Source: Podarcis filfolensis
Taxonomy: Eukaryota
Length of the DNA stretch: 64,000 nucleotides
NCBI GenBank assembly: GCA_964270895.1
Contig: OZ185443.1
Direction: 5' to 3' (one strand)
The notes under the pieces were generated by a model. The model was not told the DNA's origin, did no database searches, and worked only from the letters and a program-made list of their open reading frames with translations. Shown piece after piece: positions 13,898 to 24,973 of this stretch. Position 1 is the stretch's first letter. The number at the start of each line of letters is the position of its first letter. A program made the position numbers and the translations under genes.

Positions 13898-14281
13898 GGA
13901 TGCGGGTGGCGCTGTGGTCTAAACCACTGAGCCTCTTGAGCTTGCCAATCAGAAGGTCTGCGGTTCGAATCCCTGCAATGGGGTGAGCTCCTGTTGCTTG
14001 GTCCCTGCTCCTGCCAACCTAGCAGTTCGAAAGCACACCAAAAAGTGCAAGTAGAGAAATAGGTACCGCTCCGGCAGGAAGGTAAATGGCGTTCCGTGCG
14101 CTGCTCTGGTTTCGGTGTTCCGTTGTGCCAGAAGCGGCTTAGTCATGTTGGCCACATGACCCGGAAAAACTGTCTGCGGACAAACGCCAGCTCCCTCGGC
14201 CTGTAAAGCGAGATGAGCTCCGCAACACTAGAGTCGTTTGTGACTGGACTTAACTGTCAGGGGTCCTTTACCTTAACCTTT
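13898..14281 (+). mobile_element. Sauria SINE, full length
   Basis: A/B boxes, core and tail present. TSD-like TGATCATCCT/TGACCATCCT (13888 and 14288). Confidence 0.92.
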
Positions 14282-15759
14282 TTTAACTGACCATCCTAGC
14301 ATTGTAAAGTCCAAAGTGGGGGAAAGTGCCAGTCTAATGTGCATATATGTACACCTGCTCATAAGTTTGCATTTGGCTAAGTGAGCTTGGTTGATGTGAG
14401 TGGTAGATTGGCAAACATTGGCACAGAAAAGGGGAGCGAATGAAAACGTTTCGTCTGACTTTTCCCTGTCCCTTGATAAAGAGTGGTGGATAAAGGGATA
14501 GGGAAGAGATGGAGGAAACATTTTCATTTGGTCCCCTTTCCTGTGCCAGCATTTGGTGTTTATAAAGACACTCCCAGGGGGATGTGTGGGGACAACCCAA
14601 AGCAAATTTCAATATTTGTAGCATTGGTTATATTGCTCCAACGGCAGTCATTCGAACTTACAAAAACAAAACCTTACACATGAGACACTCAAGGGAAAAG
14701 TAGAGATTTTTGAAAGCCTCTCCAGCTGTTGGTTTCAATGGAGGAACAGTGCTGAAGCAGAGAGATTGGGTGGGATCCCATTGAACAATTATCTGCACAG
14801 GACCTTCTTCTTCCCAACCTGCTTTCCCCCCATGAAGTACCCTTTCCCCTTTTACGATTCTGTACAAAAAGGTGGGTCAGCAGGACCATCACTGCCATCA
14901 TATCCTTTCTCCTTCCTCCAGCTGTTCCTCACTGAAACTTGTCATTTTAGAGGCTATTTGCTGGATTGTGCTTGTGTTTCATTGTTATTGTTGTTTAATA
15001 TATATATATATATACAGCTATAATATAGTTATAATGGAGAAAACTACACAAGGCCTAGAACCTCCAGGCACTCTTTATATTAAACTGGCATTATTTTATT
15101 GCACATACAGTGGAACAATCGTTTTCACAACAACCCTCCATACAAGCCTGGAAAATATGGAACTATAATTGATAAAATTCTTTACTTTCACTTTGTTATT
15201 TTAGCCCATGTGCAATTGCACATATTCCTTGTGCCTATTTTGCAGTTTGTTTCTCTGTTTTAACTTTCACCTGCTGTTGTAATTGTTCTCTCTGTTTTAT
15301 AAACTTTATAAAGTGAAAAAACAAACAAACCTTTAGACCCACGTAGAGACTACACATGTGTAATGTGTAGTCTGGCTCCTAGACAGCTATTAGAAATGTT
15401 ATCTAGAGTGTTGGTGCGATATGGCTTAGATGCCACTGCCTCACGAATATTTTACTTGTGTCTACATACCCAGAGAGGTGTATCCAGCATCAGTAGTTGG
15501 CTTAGACAAGTCCCATTATCCCAGAATGGCCACCTTCTGATCCTGATCTGCCATTGCTGATGTGGAGGAGCTGCCATCACTGCCACCTGCCTTCAGCAAA
15601 AGCTATAGGGCTTGATCTTGGTGGCTTTATCCTGGTGGTTACCGTCTGCTTGGCACTGCATTGGCCCTCCTCCTCTGCCATGTCTGTTGCAAATGGTGCT
15701 CCTTGCCACTGCTGCTTGCCTTTGTGATTGGTGTTGGCTAGGAGTAGCAGCTGCCTAGG

Positions 15760-15990
15760 ACCCACGTACCTATGGGACCACCTCTCCTGGTATGCCCCGC
15801 GGAGGGCCTTAAGGTCCACAAATAACAATGCTTTGGAGGTCCCGAGTCTCAAGGAGGTTAGATTGGTTTCAACTAGGGCCAGGGCCTTTTCAGCACTGGC
15901 CCTGACATGGTGGAACGTTCTGTCACAAGAATCTAGGGCCCTGTGGGATTTGACATCTTTCTGCAGGGCCTGCAAGACAGAGCATCTTCT
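15760..15990 (+). mobile_element. Old L2 ORF2 C-terminal fragment
   Basis: GPTYL..RALRS..LEVPSLKEVRL..TRARAFS..WWN aligns with the C-terminus of the young L2 in this window (GPVYL..RTLRS..LAVPSLREAKL..TRQRAFS..LWN). Confidence 0.8.
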
Positions 15991-18575
15991 GTGAACGGTG
16001 GATGGAGTTAGTGGGTGGAAACTGGAGGCTACATGGTTGTCAGAATGTCTCTGCAGCAATTTCATGTGTGGAATTTCAGGGCTGCGTGTGAACTTTCAGG
16101 GTTTTGTGTGGGCATCAGGTAGAAATGTAGAGCTAGGAGAAGTCTGGATCTAACTGAAGTTGCTTTTAAGCTGAGTATGGGAGAACCCGAAAAGAATCTT
16201 TCACTTACTATAATGAACATGCTCTCTCTTATCATTGTAAGAAGTAAGGAATAGGATTGCTTTTAATAATAGTTGTAGCAAATGATTTGTAAATGACTAT
16301 TTGTAGTCATTTTAGCAAATGAGTAGTATTCGCAGCAAATGTTTTTACTACTGCTTGCAGCAAATGTTTACCATTTTTTGTTCACTATGAATTGCTGCTT
16401 GGCACCAAGTCCTAAAATATGATGGGACTGCATTGTGCTGCACTCTTCCCACATGGATGCAGTATTGATCTTTAGGTCCCTGATGTGCTACCAAAGCCTG
16501 AGTATTCAGGAGGACTCTGAAAATGCTTGGCCTCATTTTTGACAGCTGGGGTCAATATCTTAGGGCAGGTTGTTCTGACATATTTTTTTTCCTGGATATG
16601 TGTGTTCATTTGATAACTTCCCTCAAGCAATTTGGAGGGGGCAGGTTTAATACAAAAATGAATAAACATCAATGGCAATCACCTACTGCTACTTACTGCT
16701 TTCACTGCACTGCTTTTATACTGACAAATACTGACTTGCCCCAAGCACTTTTCAGAATAAGAGCAGTGTTCTGAGTTACAAGCAGAACTCTCTTTCAATA
16801 TCTGCGTTCTGTAACTCTGCAGTGGAACAGAGGAACTGTAAATATTTGCAAAGCTATGCACATTCTAAAATTCCGTCTTTTAAAAGAGGCATGGATGTAT
16901 GTTGTTTATAGGTACAGATCCTCTTGATGCCTAGGAATATATAAACTTGAGGGTTAATGCTGCCCAGCTTTTTCTCTGAAGGTAGATAATGAGCAAAAGC
17001 AGAGAATATGCTTTTGAGCAGGCCTGGAGGGGGAAAGCAGAAAGCAGTTGCTCCTTGTTAAACAGTGTTGAGGCAAACCCTCCTTACTAACATACATGGT
17101 TTTAGGTTCACAGTGCACACTATCCCTTAGCAAGGATGGTGGCACGTTAGTGTTTATCAGTTAATAAAAGACTGTGTGATTTGTCTCTTGAAAATTATAG
17201 GGTTTTGTACTCCCACACCTGTGCTTGCTTATTTTTCCTAAATATTAAGTAATTAGTCTGTGTTTGGATTTATCAGTATCTAAATACCACACCAAAGGTT
17301 CCCTTTTGCTGCAAATCGCAGAAGCTACAGAAAGGTGGTTAAGGGACTGAAATAAATTCAAGTGTAACTTACTCTTAGCCAGATGTAGTGTTGCTGTTCG
17401 TAAATTAGAAGGAATAATTTTGTCACCAACAAAAAATAGTGTATTACTGACAATTGCATGCACTTGCATGTTAGGTTTTGTGTTAGGTTTAGGTTGTGTT
17501 AGGGTTTTTTTTTGCATGTTAGGTTTTGTGGCAGTTTAAACAGTGGCTAAAGTTATCAAAGTTCTCTGAGTATTGATGTGTCAACGTACCAGGATTTTTC
17601 TTGTGATCGTGTTTCTATGCCACATAAGCTTTGTCTTTCATTATATACTGTTTACATTTTAAAAATTCATCATAAAGTACTTGCTATCTCTAAATTCTCA
17701 GAAATAGTTGGCAAATCATGCAGAACGTCACAGCATTAAAACTAGGCTGTCCAGAAAAATTCATATGGTTTCAGACTGACACCTGCAACCTACCTGCCGT
17801 AGGATCTTAGTATAAAACACTAGGATTTCATTTCGTTTCTTTTTTAGCAGGAATGTTTCAAGCAAATGAATATCTGAGAAGGGAAGGAAATACTGTAACT
17901 TTTCGCTCGCTCTTGGGTAAGAGTGTGTAAGCTGTGTAACTGAAGAGCTTGTGTACTTTTTTCTAACTGTAGTAGTTTCTAGCACTATACTTAATTAATC
18001 TGAGTCTAGTTCTCATGGGACTGTCTTTAACAGGTCTAGAAGTCAAATTGCAGTGAGAAGTCCTGTTTGCTCTTTGCAGACCTTTTTAGAAATTCCAAGA
18101 CAGGAAGGCTGTTTATTTTTCCCACATCTGTTTTGTGCTCATTCTTTGAGACACTGTTTGCTGGATGCTCTTTTCTTTTAACCACTTAAATTAGTTGCAG
18201 TGTTGCAAAATGTCAAAATAAGCATTAGTGGGTACCTTTTGTAAAGAATCAAGTTTTTATTGAATTGTTCTTTACAGAATTTAAAGTTGCCTTAGCTTTC
18301 CCATTTACTCAGTTCTGTTGCAGACCATCACTGAATCAATAACTTTTACATTCCTTATGGGAACTATTTATACACACAAGGTTGGTCTTAACTGAAAATT
18401 CAGTTCTGAAATGGAAAATGTAGTACATTAACATTTATGAAGTGGTTAGTATTGGTTAGCTTAACATAGCTCAGGGTTTAAAGTTGACTTGTTTTGGAAC
18501 TGACAAGATTTTGTTACAAATTCCTGGTTTGCACCCAAGAAGAAGCTGAGATTCAGCAACAACAAAAGTAGATGT

Positions 18576-18719
18576 ATTATTTATTTATTGCATTTATTCT
18601 CCATCCTTCTCCCCAAGGAGCTCAATGTGGCATAAGTGGTTCTCCCCATTCTCATTTCATTCCCCACAACAATCCTGTGAGGTAGGTTAGGCTGAGAGGG
18701 AGTGACTGCCCAAGGTCAC
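18576..18719 (-). mobile_element. MIR-core-like squamate SINE fragment (family not firmly assigned)
   Basis: (TTTA)n tail on the + strand and CCCCACAACAATCCTGTGAGGTAGG..GTGACTGCCCAAGGTCAC, typical of CORE/MIR-like SINEs. Confidence 0.7.
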
Positions 18720-18800
18720 TCCATCTCAGCCTAACCTACCTCACAGTATTGCCAGTATGGGGCAGAGACTGTCTCCCAGGTCAGTCTCTGCCCCATACTG
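18675..18800. repeat. Two adjacent near-perfect inverted repeats (32-bp and 19-bp stems)
   Basis: 18675-18706 vs 18715-18746 (31/32) and 18753-18771 vs 18782-18800 (19/19). Confidence 0.93.
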
Positions 18801-18979
18801 ACTCTGAATTGCAGCTAAAATTGTCATCATGGCTGCAGGCAAAGGGGAGTACCTAAGCTCTGCTCAAATTTGTCCCAGCATCTGCACAACAGTCTAAACC
18901 GTGGCTTAGAACAGAAACCTGGCTAGTTTCTGTAAATCATGTTTAAGCAAGTGATTAATTTCAGAAGTATTCTTGTGCA

Positions 18980-19150
18980 GTCAGCGCGTTACTTCCGGGT
19001 TTCGCTGCTCGCGCATGCACAGACGCTCAAAATGACGTCACACACATGCACGGAAGCAGCAAGTTGCGACCCACAGACATGGGTTGCATTCGCTTCAGGA
19101 TGCGAATGGGACTCCAGAACGGATCCCGTTTGCATCCAGAGGTACCACTG
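18980..19150. mobile_element. One-ended fragment of a related mariner/Tigger-like MITE
   Basis: Ends GAACGGATCCCGTTTGCATCCAGAGGTACCACTG-TA. CpG-rich body. Left boundary approximate. Confidence 0.6.
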
Positions 19151-20392
19151 TATAATGTTTCAAGGAATAATTTATTCAACATACTGTGTTTAAAAATCGC
19201 CTTCCATTGTCTTATATAGCAATTTATAGAACAAATCCTGTCTCCAGTAATAATGGGTACAGTGGTCACATCTTAGTTCCTCTGCACTATGTGGAAAAGT
19301 CTTAGTTTCTATATGATCCAGTTGGATCCACTGCTTTAAAGTGGCTTAAGCTATTAATTTGCTGTTGGAGCCTGCTTAGTGTTACTTACACATGAAACCC
19401 ATGGATAGCTTTGGCTATGCATTTACCACATTTATCATAGCAGTCATCAGGAAGGATTCCAACTGACCAGACATTTGGCGAGGGAGGTGTTTGCTTCCCC
19501 TTTTCTCTCTATGCACCTATGATTGACAGTACAATTGGTTGAAATATGAGGTGCTCCCAGCTTATTTGGAACTCTCCATACTTTGAGGTAGTGCTAGCAA
19601 CTAACATATCCTCAAGGGCTTGGGGGTAGAAGCATGGTGGTGGTGGTGGTAGGAACAGGAATATCATCTGTACCTGTACCACCCCTACCAAATAACTGCC
19701 ACAGAGCTAATACTTATGGTGGGGCCATTTATGTTGGATAAACACTGTTTCTGCTTTTCTCAGAGCTTTGATAGGTTGCTCGATCTTGTTCCTACTGGCT
19801 CTTGAGGGGTTGTCATGAGTATAGACATGATTGTCATCATTCATCCACATGCTCCTCTCTTTCAGTTCCATCTTTCAAACCCTGAAAGGTTGTGTAGAGC
19901 TTCCAAAACTGCATTTGGTGCCATTTGCGCACATGAAACTTATTCCACATAGAATGGCAGTATTACTGTTGGTTGGAGGTTCCAGTAATCTGAAATTAGG
20001 TGCATAGCCTTTTGTTTTTGTAGAGTTATATCCTCCCCTCCAAGAGATTGGGAGTGCTCCTAGACCTGACCTTTTCAGTTCGAAGTAATTGACACGTCTT
20101 CAAAAGTCTGAAATGTATTCATTCATTTAAAAATCCATCCTGCCTTATTATGAGAATTTTCAAAGTGACTCACAGTATAAAATATAAAACAAATGCAAAG
20201 ATACAGCATTTAAATATTTATTAAAGCACACTAATGTTCAGTTTAAACTATACTTAAATTATCAATTATATTTAGATATAGATATCTAAAATTTGAAGCC
20301 CAAATCAAGCTGGAATGCATGGATTTAAACTTGCTTCAAAACATGTATTCTGCTTCTGGCTTACTGCAAATTGTGGTTTGTAAATTCAACTA

Positions 20393-20632
20393 TAGTGGTA
20401 CCTCTAGTTATGAACTTAATTCGTTCTGGAAGTAGGTTCTTAACCTAAAACTGTTATAAATTAGAGGTGTGCTTTCACTAATGGGGCCTCTTGCTGCCGC
20501 TGCGCTGCCGGCACACGATTTCCGTTCTCACCCTGGGGCAAAGTTCTCAACTCGAGGTAACTCTTCCAGGTTAGCGGAGTTTGTAACCTGAAGCATTTGA
20601 AACCGAGGCATTTGTAACTCGAGATACCACTG
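20393..20632. mobile_element. Tc1/mariner-type MITE (CAGTGGTACCTC TIR family), diverged
   Basis: TIRs TAGTGGTACCTC/GAGATACCACTG with TA flanks. Body homologous to the other copies. Confidence 0.85.
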
Positions 20633-21634
20633 TATTGTACTAGTTCATAATTATGTCTTCAAGACCATAGGTTGATATGGTGCTTGAACTGAGCCCATAT
20701 CTAAAATGAGGTCCAATAAAACAGCTATTCTGGAATTGACTTGCTACCACTAAACAGATATTAAAAATAGCAAAGAGTACAATCTTATTCATCTTCTGAA
20801 TAAGATGCCACTTGTTCAAAACTGATCACATGTCTGTCTCTTCTGACAGAGGAAGATTTGACTGGTCCCATCTAGGCTCACCCTTTGGCAATAAATATAC
20901 ATCCATTGATATACATACATTTGGCACATTTATTAGCTAATGAGAGCTGAAAGGCTGCTTCCAAAACTGCATTTGGTGCCATTTGTGCACATGGATGGGC
21001 AAACTGAAACTTAATCCATATTAGCTAATGCAGCCTGCTTCTATCTTCCCCGCTGCCATTCTGTTGAGGTGGTGGCTAGTACACAGTCTCCGCTGAGGAG
21101 GACTCTGTGGGGAGGTGCAATATGTTCCTTCAAGTTCTTGATACTGTGCACTCCCTCTTTATACTCATTCCCCGACGATCATAACGACGGGGATTTTGCT
21201 AGCGTTTTATAACGCCACCTGAAAGGTTTGATTTGTTATAGCTCATGTCAGTTTAATTGGCAGTGCTCCTTGAAGGATGAATCGGTGTAACATGCCTGAT
21301 GGTTCTCTTTTTTACAATGACTTTCCACAAGGGGAAAATGATTGCTTAAGCCCAGCAGTAGGGTGGTCTCTCTGCTCACTCCTCATGCTGTCCTCATGGA
21401 GTAAAAAAGTTGGAATTTAAAACACTCATGCATACTTTATCCTAATACATATAGATAAAATGTTAAACTCATCACGGTATTTTGGCTTATGTTTTCTGCA
21501 TAGCCCCTGGCACTCACGTTGGCCTGCTTCTCCTGCATGGGCCACTTAGTCTCAGGTTGTCGAGTTATGACACATCATGATAGAGTTGCTATTTATTTTG
21601 ATTTGTAACTCTCTCTTTTTCTTTTCTACTTCAG

Positions 21635-21706
21635 GCGTCTAAACAGAAATAATCTTCAACTCCTCTCTGAGTTGCTGTTTCTTGGGACTCCAAAACTCTA
21701 CAGGCT
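21635..21706 (+). CDS. SLIT2: SLIT2 coding exon (exon 4 by homology), one LRR: RLNRNNLQLLSELLFLGTPKLYR(L)
   Basis: Long polypyrimidine tract plus cAG (21633-21634) and donor GTAAGT at 21707. 72 bp, phase 2/2. Close to recalled human [24 protein letters not shown]. Confidence 0.95.
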
Positions 21707-22164
21707 GTAAGTAGAAGCTATATTCTGTATTCATTGTGGAAGGCTTTGATATGCTTTGAGTGCTTTTAAGTTGTAAACGAAATATGCCATTGAGTAAGTG
21801 TTTTGTCTGCTTCTGGACTCAGTGCACCTTTAATTCTTGTTTTCTTTTGCTTTTTCATAATTTGTGTGCTGTCCTCTGAATTGTTTCTGTTCCATATTTT
21901 TTAACTCCTATAGTTGACTGATTTAACTTTTCAAACCAGATTAGTATAAATCCTTTTCTTTTTAGTTTGCTACTGGTTTCTGATGACAAGGTCGATTACA
22001 TTCTGGGTGGAGACTGGCTTGGAATATCTCCCCTCTTTGTTTATAACAATATTGAAATGAAATGGCTTAAAGAACCCAAAACTAAAGTAACGATTTGAAG
22101 AGTGTTGGCATTATTGTGGTCTGTAATTTTGATTCCTGACTTGTGGGATTTTATTGTTCTCTAG

Positions 22165-22645
22165 TCGTCTTCTTCTTTGGTGATCACTCATAGCTGAGTA
22201 AGATTGTCCATCTGTGCCGGTGGAGGCCAATTCTGGATCCACACATCCTTCCACAGGGGGGTCATTGGTTTTCGGGCAGGAGTTGATCACGGTGTGGATT
22301 TGCCAAGCATGCCTTCCTCTTAGCACATTTCTCCCTTGTGTCCTGAGTTCGAGTGTCTTCAAAGCCCATGACACCTTTGGTAAAGGCTGTTCTCCAACTG
22401 GAGTTCTCGCAGGCCTGTGTTTCCCAGTTGTCAGTGTTTTATACTACATTTTTTTAGATTTGCTTTGAGACAATCTTTAAACTTCTTTTGTTGACCACCA
22501 GCATTATGCTTTCCATTTTTAAGTTCAGAATAGAGTAGTTGCTTTGGAAGACGATCATCAGGCATCCACACAACATGACCAGTCCAACGAAGTTGATGTT
22601 GAAGAATCATTGCTTCAACACTGGTGATCTTTGCTTCTTCCAGTT
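22165..22645 (-). mobile_element. RTE-clade LINE 3' fragment
   Basis: LEEAKITSVEAMILQHQLRWTGHVVWMPDDRLPKQLLYSELKNG..FKDCLKANLKK is the typical RTE C-terminal region. Ends are approximate. Confidence 0.85.
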
Positions 22646-23348
22646 TGCTTTCTTCTTCTTCTACAGTAGTATGGCTCATGCTGGAAGAATTTTAAAATCA
22701 GAGTAGTGAGCTGTTAAAAACCTTTGATGCCAAGTGTGTTGTGTTTTGTCATATTCTCTCCCTTAATTACAAAGACTGGGACCCAAATAGATGCACAATT
22801 AGTGCTTTGGGCTTGGAATCTCCTTTGAGATCCAAGTCTTGCAGAGTAGTAAATCGTTTTTGAAAATGAAGGACTTCTCAAAAGCAGTTTGTGATGATGG
22901 CATGGGCTCTTCTGTTCAAAGAAAATGAGCAAAACAAAGCGAGACAGACAGAATCACACTGAGATATGCTTGCCCAAAGAATCATTGAATCCTGGCTAGT
23001 CTCTTTAAAGCCTTGGCAGAATAAATTATTAACATTGTAAACCTTAGGGGCAAACCTGTAAAAAGGTTTACAAACAGTCAACCTATACATTAGATACATT
23101 TTGATGTTTTGATAGATATTATCTCAATATTAATGTGGAGTAGATACTATGTTAAAAAGTATCTACATGTTCTAACAGTATTTTAAAGGGAAACCTGATA
23201 AATTTAAAAAATCAAATAGATGCTTCAGTATGTGCACAAAATACAGAAAAGGGCTGAAATCATTACTGATAACATGTATTTTTAAAAATTATTTTGCTCA
23301 GGCCTTGGAGTTTTCTCAAAAATTTATTGTGATCTATAGGTACAAGCA

Positions 23349-23715
23349 GGGAATGCAGGTGGTGCTGTGGTTTAAACCACTAAGCCTAGAGCTTGCTGAT
23401 CAGAAGGTCGGCGGTTTGAATCCCCTCGATGGGGTGAGCTCCCATTGCTCAGTCCCTGTTCCTGCCAACCTAGCAGTTTGAAAGCACGTCAAAGTGCAAG
23501 TAGATAAATAGGTACCACTCCGGTGGGAAGGTAAACAGCGTTTCCGTGTGCTGCTCTGGTTCGCCAGAAGCGGCTTAGTCATGCTGGCCACATGACCCGG
23601 AAAAACTGCCTGCGGACAAACGTCGGCTGCCTCGGCCAGTAAAGCGAGATGAGCGCTGCAACCCCAGAGTCATTCACGACTAGGCTTAACTGTCAGGGGT
23701 CCTTAACCTTTCCTT
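23349..23715 (+). mobile_element. Sauria SINE, full length
   Basis: A/B boxes, core and tail present. Confidence 0.9.
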
Positions 23716-24731
23716 CAACTGCTAATACACATTTAAAAAAAAAGGTAAAGCCCATCAGCTGCTTTCAAGGAGTAGAGTTGAAGTGGGCTATGTAAATCTC
23801 AATAAAATAATGTTTGCTTTGAGAGCCTGGTATGCGCCACATCACAACATCTTGCTTTCCACCTCCTTTTGCAAAGATTGTTTCAGGTTTTTGTGTTAAG
23901 GATCTAAAGCTTAAAAGTTTATACTAAATTATCGCTTCTGTTTCTTTCTGGTTGGTTCTTGTACTTCCGACAACTTTGTTATCAGGTTGTTGAATGTGGC
24001 ATTTGAATAGTGTACACTGATCCATGGTAATTGAAGTCAATGGAATTTGTTTGGTGTAAGCATTCATTTAGTCTCTTTTGTGGGAGGCTTACGTAAAACC
24101 TGTGGTTCCACCCACATTGAATTCCAGTGGTATGATTATTTTCACTGGCAATGCTAGTGTAACATACATGCTTCTGATTATACTCTGAAATAGGAACAGA
24201 GGTATTGTAAGGTAACAATTTGTGCCACTTATGTATAGAACTTTCTGCTTCTGTAAAATAATCTTTAAGTAAATCTCTATTGGAACAGTAGAGAGGGATG
24301 CTATAACTACTAATTATATTTCACAATTCAGAGAACCTTTGGGTAGTATCAAATAATCATAAATAGCGGGGCGGGGGAGAAATAGCTTGATTGGGGTGCA
24401 AGTGTGTGAGAAAGTAATACATAATTACAGTCTCATAAATGTGGGGTGCCACAACAGTGTACTACAACAGATAGTATAACATTCCTGATGTTTTGAGATT
24501 ATTGTTGATCAAACAATGTGTGTTTGTGTCTAGTTATAATGTGTATTAGAACAGCTTGGTAAATATAATGGGGTGCTTTACCTATAGCTCGAATCACATG
24601 TTTCTTCAGGTTAAATGCGTTAAATGCTGTCACTAGAACGCCTTTTTAATATTTTAGCTCATGTGCAGATTGCCACAGTGGTGCCAGCATTAGTTAGTTA
24701 GTTAGTACTTATCTCCTGTTATATTACGTTA

Positions 24732-24973
24732 CAGTACTACCTCGAGTTACATATGCTTCAGGTTACATACGCTTCAGGTTACAGACTCCGCTAACCCAGA
24801 AATAGTGCTTCAAGTTAAGAGCTTTGCTTCAGGATGAGAACAGAAATCATGCTCTGGCGGCGCGGCAGCAGCAGGAGGCCCCATTAGCTACAGTGGTGCT
24901 ACAGGTTAAGAACAGTTTCAGGTTAAGTACAGACCTCCGGAACAAATTAAGTACTTAACCTGAGGTACCACTG
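24732..24973. mobile_element. Tc1/mariner-type MITE (CAGTGGTACCTC family)
   Basis: TIRs with TA TSD and subterminal GCTTCAGGTTACA repeats. Confidence 0.9.

Noticed and set aside
15577-16065. 162-aa minus-strand ORF
   Set aside because: Antisense to the old L2 fragment, with no protein motif.
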